Shown here: piece by piece, positions 7,356 through 11,725 of the stretch | How the letters are laid out: the number at the start of each line of letters is the position of its first letter | Position numbering within the stretch: the stretch's first letter is position 1 | NCBI GenBank assembly: GCA_017483905.1 | Contig: JAFUUG010000357.1 | Span: forward strand, 1-14,182 | Length of the DNA stretch: 14,182 nt | Direction: 5' to 3' | Source of the DNA: Bacillota bacterium | GTDB taxonomy: Bacteria; Bacillota; Clostridia; Lachnospirales; CAG-274 | The notes under the pieces: generated by a model | Databases searched by the model: none | Told to the model about the DNA's origin: nothing | Seen by the model: only the letters and a program-made list of their open reading frames with translations | Position numbers and translations under genes: made by a program

Positions 7356-7446
7356 CACTGCTATCACGCTTGCCTACTCTGTAACCGAGCTCAAAGCAAG
7401 CAAGACAAAGACTTACTAAGCCTATAAGTTCGCCGAGTGTCAGCAT
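7345..7446 (-). CDS. candidate type I toxin / holin-like small hydrophobic peptide (33 aa): MLTLGELIGLVSLCLACFELGYRVGKRDSSEKK
   Basis: It is not in the ORF track. It runs from ATG 7446 to TAA 7347-7345. A strong SD (AAGGGGGTG, G-run at 7458-7454) lies 7 nt upstream. It has one hydrophobic helix and a Lys/Arg/Glu-rich tail, the typical type I toxin format. Confidence 0.5.
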   Translation of the reverse strand: MLTLGELIGLVSLCLACFELGYRVGKRDSSEKK

Positions 7447-7500
7447 AATAACACCCCCTTTTTCATTGGAATAGATATGTAAATCACCTCCTATGAAACA

Positions 7501-7539
7501 GGGGTCACCGCCTACCGTAGTTAAGTTTGAAAGTGTTCC
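7501..7539 (-). repeat. inverted repeat, right arm (5' leader of toxin-2 mRNA)
   Basis: See 7267-7297. Because the two transcripts converge, both RNAs begin with nearly the same sequence (same sense, not complementary). Confidence 0.8.
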
Positions 7540-7545
7540 GAATTA

Positions 7546-7574
7546 AATATAGCATATATTTTGGGTAATGTCTA
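7546..7574 (-). promoter_or_regulatory. sigma-A type promoter for toxin-2 mRNA
   Basis: On the minus strand: TAGACA (7574-7569), a 17-nt spacer, then TATATT (7551-7546). The predicted TSS is near 7539, exactly where the repeat arm GGAACAC begins. Confidence 0.45.
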
Positions 7575-7680
7575 TAGGATTTATATTTCACTTTTGTTAC
7601 AGGGATATAAAGGAAATTTTATGGAAATATTCTTTAAGAGGGGTGTAATATAGGGGAAGATGAGGTATTATATAATAAAA

Positions 7681-7712
7681 ACCGCCGATAACTGTTATCG
7701 ACGGCTTTTACT
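7681..7712. terminator. bidirectional terminator ending the minus-strand cassette
   Basis: The hairpin pairs ccgccgataa with ttatcgacgg (one mismatch) around the loop ctg. On the minus strand it is followed by uuuuuauu, and on the plus strand by uuuuacuuuuu. It lies 26 nt downstream of the 45-aa ORF stop codon. Confidence 0.65.
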
Positions 7713-7737
7713 TTTTATAGAAAGATATTAATTCTAA

Positions 7738-7875
7738 TTAGCTTATTACATCGGAAGAGTAATCTATTTCGCCTATTACACCAAGATTGTTTCCTGTACC
7801 GTTGCTTGTGGTTACAAGGGTTTCTTCGGAAACAAATGTTACAATTTCAAATTCTGGTTTATCATAATTTTTCAT
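7738..7875 (-). CDS. unannotated small acidic peptide (45 aa): MKNYDKPEFEIVTFVSEETLVTTSNGTGNNLGVIGEIDYSSDVIS
   Basis: It is not in the ORF track. It runs from ATG 7875 to TAA 7740-7738. GGAGG lies 10 nt upstream (ggaggaaaataataaATG). It starts 24 nt after the stop of the 278-aa gene and is followed directly by the terminator. It has no Cys and no signal peptide. Confidence 0.55.
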   Translation of the reverse strand: MKNYDKPEFEIVTFVSEETLVTTSNGTGNNLGVIGEIDYSSDVIS

Positions 7876-7899
7876 TTATTATTTTCCTCCTATAAGAAA

Positions 7900-8736
7900 T
7901 TATTCGAGTGAAATAAGTTCTGTCATTGATTTTGCAGCAGTATCATCAGGAACATTAGCTACTGTAACGGCAACATAGTATACGCCATCTTCTTCAGGTG
8001 CGATTATGTTACCATTTGAATCTATTATTTTTTTGTATACTACAGTTTGAGAATCGTAACTTTTATTTCCAACTGTAAATACTACACTTTCTTTAGATGA
8101 CGTGTCTGCAATCGCTATTTTTCCTATAGCATAGTATTTTTCGTTTTCGACAACAACAAAATCATTATTTTCGGAATCTTTGTAGATAACAGGGTCAAAA
8201 ATCTTATCATTTGTGATTTTGATTGTTATTTTATTTATGGTCGATTCGACCTTATTGTCGCTTGTATTTGTTCCGTCATTATATACAGTTAAATTCAATT
8301 TTCCGTCATTTGTATCAGTTGCATTAAATTCTATTTCAACTGATTTCGCTACTGTAGCTTCGGAGCTGTCGAGTTTGTATATTCTGCCGGCTTTAGCTGT
8401 AGTACCAACTAAATTGATTTTTCCAGCAGAACCAACAGGTACGGGGATGTCAATAGAACCTTGGTCTGTACTGTTACCAATTTTTATGTATTTATTTTTG
8501 TGCAAAACAACTTTACCATTTGAAAATAAAATACCTTTAAAATTATCACCAGAACTTAAAGATTCACCATCGCCACCTGTTTGTGTCCATGTAGCTGTTT
8601 TATTTGCATCTGTTACTGCATAACTAAAATATTGGTCGTAATTTTTATTATCAGCCAACACTGATATACTCATCAAAGTTAAAGTAGCACCAATTATAAT
8701 AGTTGTTACTACAGTTTTCAATAATGATTTTCTCAT
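7900..8736 (-). CDS. secreted hypothetical protein (beta-rich, Asn/Thr/Asp-rich, 278 aa)
   Basis: A strong SD is present (aaggaggtaattaaaaaATG). The signal peptide MRKSLLKTVVTTIIIGATLTLMSISVLA-DN has a basic n-region, a hydrophobic core and an A-x-A-like cleavage site. The mature part looks like two beta-sandwich modules. There is no LPXTG and I recognise no family. The gene is markedly AT-rich. Confidence 0.75.
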   Translation of the reverse strand: MRKSLLKTVVTTIIIGATLTLMSISVLADNKNYDQYFSYAVTDANKTATWTQTGGDGESLSSGDNFKGILFSNGKVVLHKNKYIKIGNSTDQGSIDIPVPVGSAGKINLVGTTAKAGRIYKLDSSEATVAKSVEIEFNATDTNDGKLNLTVYNDGTNTSDNKVESTINKITIKITNDKIFDPVIYKDSENNDFVVVENEKYYAIGKIAIADTSSKESVVFTVGNKSYDSQTVVYKKIIDSNGNIIAPEEDGVYYVAVTVANVPDDTAAKSMTELISLE

Positions 8737-8941
8737 TTTTTAATTACCTCCTTGTTACCTTGGTTTTTGCTTTTTTTGTAATATAATTTGCAAATTAATC
8801 AATTTTACGGTAATTGATGAACCGTTATGCACTATCCTCCTTTTATTTACTCGGTTTTGCGTGTAACTCTATCCTGCAGAGAAAGAGGTACTGCAAAGCC
8901 TGTATTTATGCAAACACCCAACGGGTGAAAGGCATACAAAA

Positions 8942-9373
8942 TCAAATTTTTCCCTCATATTTAAGCTGCCGATACATTTTATCGAAAGTATTCGGACTTG
9001 CACCGATAGCGGAACGGGCGGCATTTTTATTTATTTCGCCGTTTTCGAGTTTTTTGAATATTTCTATATAGTCATCGGGTTCATATTTTTTTCTTCTGCC
9101 GAATTTAACACCGCTTATTCTTGCGGCTTCTATGCCCTCGGCTTGTCTTTCCTTGCGGTATTTCCTGTTATTTACCTGAATAACCGTAAGCATTTGAATG
9201 AGAATACCGTAGAGATGTTCTTCCATGAGGATCTTTCCCTCGGGAGTGTCATAATATGGCATAAATTGTTTAAGCGTATCGGAAATTCGTTTGCGTGTTT
9301 CCGCACGGCATACGTCCATCATTTCCTCGTAATTCAAGCCTTTTTCAAAAAGTTCTTCCAATTCTTTATTCAT
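8942..9373 (-). CDS. resolvase-type HTH protein: serine-recombinase E-helix plus HTH without the catalytic domain
   Basis: I prefer ATG 9373 (GGGGAAGAG upstream) over the track's GTG 9418, which has no SD. The C-terminal 80 aa or so match the resolvase/invertase pattern (RKERQAEGIEAARISGVKFGRRKK, then the HTH NKNAARSAIGASPNTFDKMYRQL). The N-terminal 60 aa or so show no YxRVS-type nucleophile motif. Confidence 0.6.
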   Translation of the reverse strand: MNKELEELFEKGLNYEEMMDVCRAETRKRISDTLKQFMPYYDTPEGKILMEEHLYGILIQMLTVIQVNNRKYRKERQAEGIEAARISGVKFGRRKKYEPDDYIEIFKKLENGEINKNAARSAIGASPNTFDKMYRQLKYEGKI

Positions 9374-9447
9374 AATATCTCTTCCCCAATTCACTGCAAA
9401 CCTATAATTTAACAGCACTATACATAATAAACAAAAAACATACTTAT

Positions 9448-9476
9448 ATTATACCCATATACGCTCTAATTGTCAA
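9448..9476 (-). promoter_or_regulatory. perfect-consensus sigma-A promoter for the HTH gene / cassette
   Basis: On the minus strand: TTGACA (9476-9471), a 17-nt spacer (attagagcgtatatggg), then TATAAT (9453-9448). An A/T-rich UP-like tract lies upstream. Confidence 0.65.
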
Positions 9477-9560
9477 TAAAATTCGGATATTTTTTGTTAA
9501 AAATAAACATCACTGCTAAAGTATAATAAAGCAGTAATTTTGATAAAAAAGTAACAAAAA

Positions 9561-9600
9561 AAGTGACCGTAAATATTTTATTTTACGATCACTTTTTTTA
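9561..9600. terminator. bidirectional terminator downstream of guanine deaminase gene
   Basis: A 13-bp stem pairs aagtgaccgtaaa (9561-9573) with tttacgatcactt (9582-9594), with one mismatch. T-runs flank it on both strands. Confidence 0.7.
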
Positions 9601-9666
9601 TGGGAAAGGAGCAGGAAATAAATTTTCGGGAAAAATGATGTTTTTAAGGATAATTTATTGTTCGGC

Positions 9667-10914
9667 TTATAAATCAAAGGTAAGTTCTTTTCCGTTTAAG
9701 TAGCGGTTTGTTATTTTTCCGTCGACGGAATATATGAATTTTTCAAGTCGTTCTGTCGGAGCGAGAGTTGTATTTTCACTTTCTATTATGAGTGCGTCAA
9801 AGGAGTTTCCAATCTCAAAACTGCCTGTGTCGGTAAAGAAATTACGGCTTCCTTTTGTTGCAAGATAGAATGATTCACTGAGGGATAAAGGGGTATGCTC
9901 GGGGTGCTTTCTGTGATACAGTTTTGAGAGCTGTATGCACGATACAATCTGTCTGCGCATATCAAGGCTGCTGCCTGCGGAAATATCGGAGGCAAGGGCA
10001 ACATCTATGCCATAGTCAAGATTTCTTCTGAGGGGCATTATGCCGCTTGCAAGATTCATATTGGATTCGGGACAATGGGCGATGGTCGTTCCGTATTTTT
10101 TTAATATTTCAAGTTCCTGTTCGCTTGTGTGTACGGAGTGAGCCATTATCGTCTTATTTTTACGCAAAAGTCCGAAATGTTCATAGACTTGCGTGAAAGA
10201 GTCGATTTCCGGATGCAGAGCTTTTACCCATTCTATCTCCGAGGGATTTTCGTTTAAGTGGGATTGAACGGGAAGATCGTATTTTTCGGCAATATCTGCA
10301 AGTTTTGTCATGAGTTTTCCTGTTACGGACGGTACAAATCGGGGTGTTACGATGAATTTTACACGATCTGAAGATGAATATTTTTCGGCAAAATAAAGGG
10401 TGTCGCTTACCGAATTTTCAGTGGTTTCGGAAAGAGAAGCCGCAGAATTTCTGTCCATATTGACTTTTCCGATATAGGCATAAAGGCGAGAGCGTTCAAA
10501 AAGCTCAAAAAGTTTATCGGTGGAGTCTTTGAATACGGTGGCAAATACACATGAGTGAAATGTGCCGAAAAGCCATAAGTCGTGTATGAATTTTTTGTAT
10601 ATCGTAACGGCATATTCCGTATCGGAAAATTTGCTTTCGGCGGGGAATGTGTAGGTTTCAAGCCATGGGAGCAATTCAAGATAATATCCGATGCCTATAT
10701 TTTCATACTGAGGGGCATGGGTATGGATATCGGAAAAAGAGGGAATAACAAGTTTTCCCGTAAAATCACAAACAGGGATATTTTCTTTCGGAGAAGATGA
10801 TATTTCGGCAACTTTTCCGTTATCTATGAATATATAGCTGTTTTCGTGAATAGCGAAATTGTCTTTTTCGGGGGTGTGTATGATGTCACCTTTTATTGAA
10901 AACATAGAGGTCAC
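9667..10914 (-). CDS. guaD: guanine deaminase (amidohydrolase-fold)
   Basis: DIHTHAPQY...LELLPWLETYTFPAE, GKVNMDRNSA, VTPRFVPS, HLNENPSEIEWVKALHPE, AHSVH, AHCPESNMNLASG and ASDISAGS run co-linear with my recollection of E. coli GuaD (HIHYPQ, GKVMMDRNAP, ITPRFAPT, HLCENKDEIAWVKSLYPD, FCPTSNLYLGSG). Confidence 0.8.
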   Translation of the reverse strand: MTSMFSIKGDIIHTPEKDNFAIHENSYIFIDNGKVAEISSSPKENIPVCDFTGKLVIPSFSDIHTHAPQYENIGIGYYLELLPWLETYTFPAESKFSDTEYAVTIYKKFIHDLWLFGTFHSCVFATVFKDSTDKLFELFERSRLYAYIGKVNMDRNSAASLSETTENSVSDTLYFAEKYSSSDRVKFIVTPRFVPSVTGKLMTKLADIAEKYDLPVQSHLNENPSEIEWVKALHPEIDSFTQVYEHFGLLRKNKTIMAHSVHTSEQELEILKKYGTTIAHCPESNMNLASGIMPLRRNLDYGIDVALASDISAGSSLDMRRQIVSCIQLSKLYHRKHPEHTPLSLSESFYLATKGSRNFFTDTGSFEIGNSFDALIIESENTTLAPTERLEKFIYSVDGKITNRYLNGKELTFDL

Positions 10915-10918
10915 TCCT

Positions 10919-11593
10919 TTATATTTTTATGGGATAATTGAAAAGGTCAAACGGTTCAAGGTCGGGGAGTGGGGCTGAAAGAGATACCTTTTCTTTTGTT
11001 TCGGGGTGGAGAAATTCAAGCTTTGAAGCGAAAAGACCGATCCTTTCAAATCTTCGTTTCCTTTGTATCGCTTTATTATATTTCGTATCGCCCCAAAGGG
11101 GGAGAGATGCGTTTGCAAGCTGCACTCTTATCTGATGGTGTCTTCCGGTATGGAGAAGAACATTTAAGAGGCTTAGAGTGCCGTATCGGGAAGTTTGCGT
11201 TTCGGATATTTTTTTGTATTCAAGGATCGCTTCTTTTCCGCCTGTTGTGCCTTTATTTACGATTTTTGAAATGTTCAGACGATGATTGACGATAACGGTA
11301 TCGCACAATTTGTCGTATTCTTTTGCACTGCCGCATGAAACGGCGGTATATTCTTTTATAAAATTACCGTTTTGTATCTCACCGCTTATGTATGAGGCGG
11401 CTTTTTTATTTTTGGCATAAAGTATAATGCCGCCTACGGGTTTATCAAGGCGGTGAACGGTATAGAGAGTGGTGGAAAGCTCCTTTTCGAGAAGTTCGCA
11501 AAGGGAGGGGTCACCGTTTTTTTCACTTTGGCTTGCTATTGCGAAATCTTTTATTACTGCAATAAAAGAATCGTCATTATATAGTATATTCAT
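10919..11593 (-). CDS. RluA-family pseudouridine synthase (no S4 domain)
   Basis: I prefer ATG 11593 (AAAGGAA SD) over the track's TTG 11686. The catalytic motif HRLDKPVGGIILYAK is present. The C-terminal HTGRHHQIRVQL motif is typical of the RluA/RluC/RluD family. Its stop codon lies 4 nt before the guaD ATG. Confidence 0.8.
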   Translation of the reverse strand: MNILYNDDSFIAVIKDFAIASQSEKNGDPSLCELLEKELSTTLYTVHRLDKPVGGIILYAKNKKAASYISGEIQNGNFIKEYTAVSCGSAKEYDKLCDTVIVNHRLNISKIVNKGTTGGKEAILEYKKISETQTSRYGTLSLLNVLLHTGRHHQIRVQLANASLPLWGDTKYNKAIQRKRRFERIGLFASKLEFLHPETKEKVSLSAPLPDLEPFDLFNYPIKI

Positions 11594-11663
11594 AAATAAT
11601 TCCTTTCGTTTTTTTTGACTTTGTCGTTTATTGAAATAATTTTGTTTTTTTCTGCGACTGTAT

Positions 11664-11696
11664 TTTACAAAAATTTCATTAGTCAACGGATATAAT
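11664..11696 (+). promoter_or_regulatory. candidate spoIIE promoter with over-long 21-nt spacer
   Basis: TTTACA (11664-11669), a 21-nt spacer, then TATAAT (11691-11696), about 30 nt upstream of the spoIIE ATG. One weak 0A-box-like TGTCGTT lies at 11622-11628. Confidence 0.35.
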
Positions 11697-11725
11697 TAAA
11701 TATTATATTATACCGGAGGTAAAAT

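Noticed and set aside
8755-8832. 25-codon GTG-initiated ORF after a strong AAGGAGGA in the leader of the 278-aa gene
   Set aside because: The SD-to-GTG spacing is only 3 nt, the start is non-ATG and the peptide is Lys/Gln/Ile-rich low complexity. The SD-like element may be fortuitous or structural.
8814-9412. Plus-strand ORFs 8814-9071 (85 aa) and 9143-9412 (89 aa)
   Set aside because: They are antisense to the recombinase-like HTH gene. They have no SD and no recognisable motifs, whereas the minus-strand frame has a clear resolvase C-terminal signature.
5267-9480. Shared 11-mer TTTATTGACAA at 5267-5277 (+) and 9470-9480 (-), and similar tgt(t)aaaaataaa strings near both ends, considered as island inverted-repeat or att boundaries
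   Set aside because: The 11-mer is simply an A/T-rich UP tract plus the consensus -35 of two strong promoters. The other match is low-complexity AT sequence. Neither is adequate evidence for recombination sites.
9786-11289. Several 63-106-aa ORFs on both strands inside guaD and the RluA-family gene
   Set aside because: They are shadow frames of two genes with strong family motifs.
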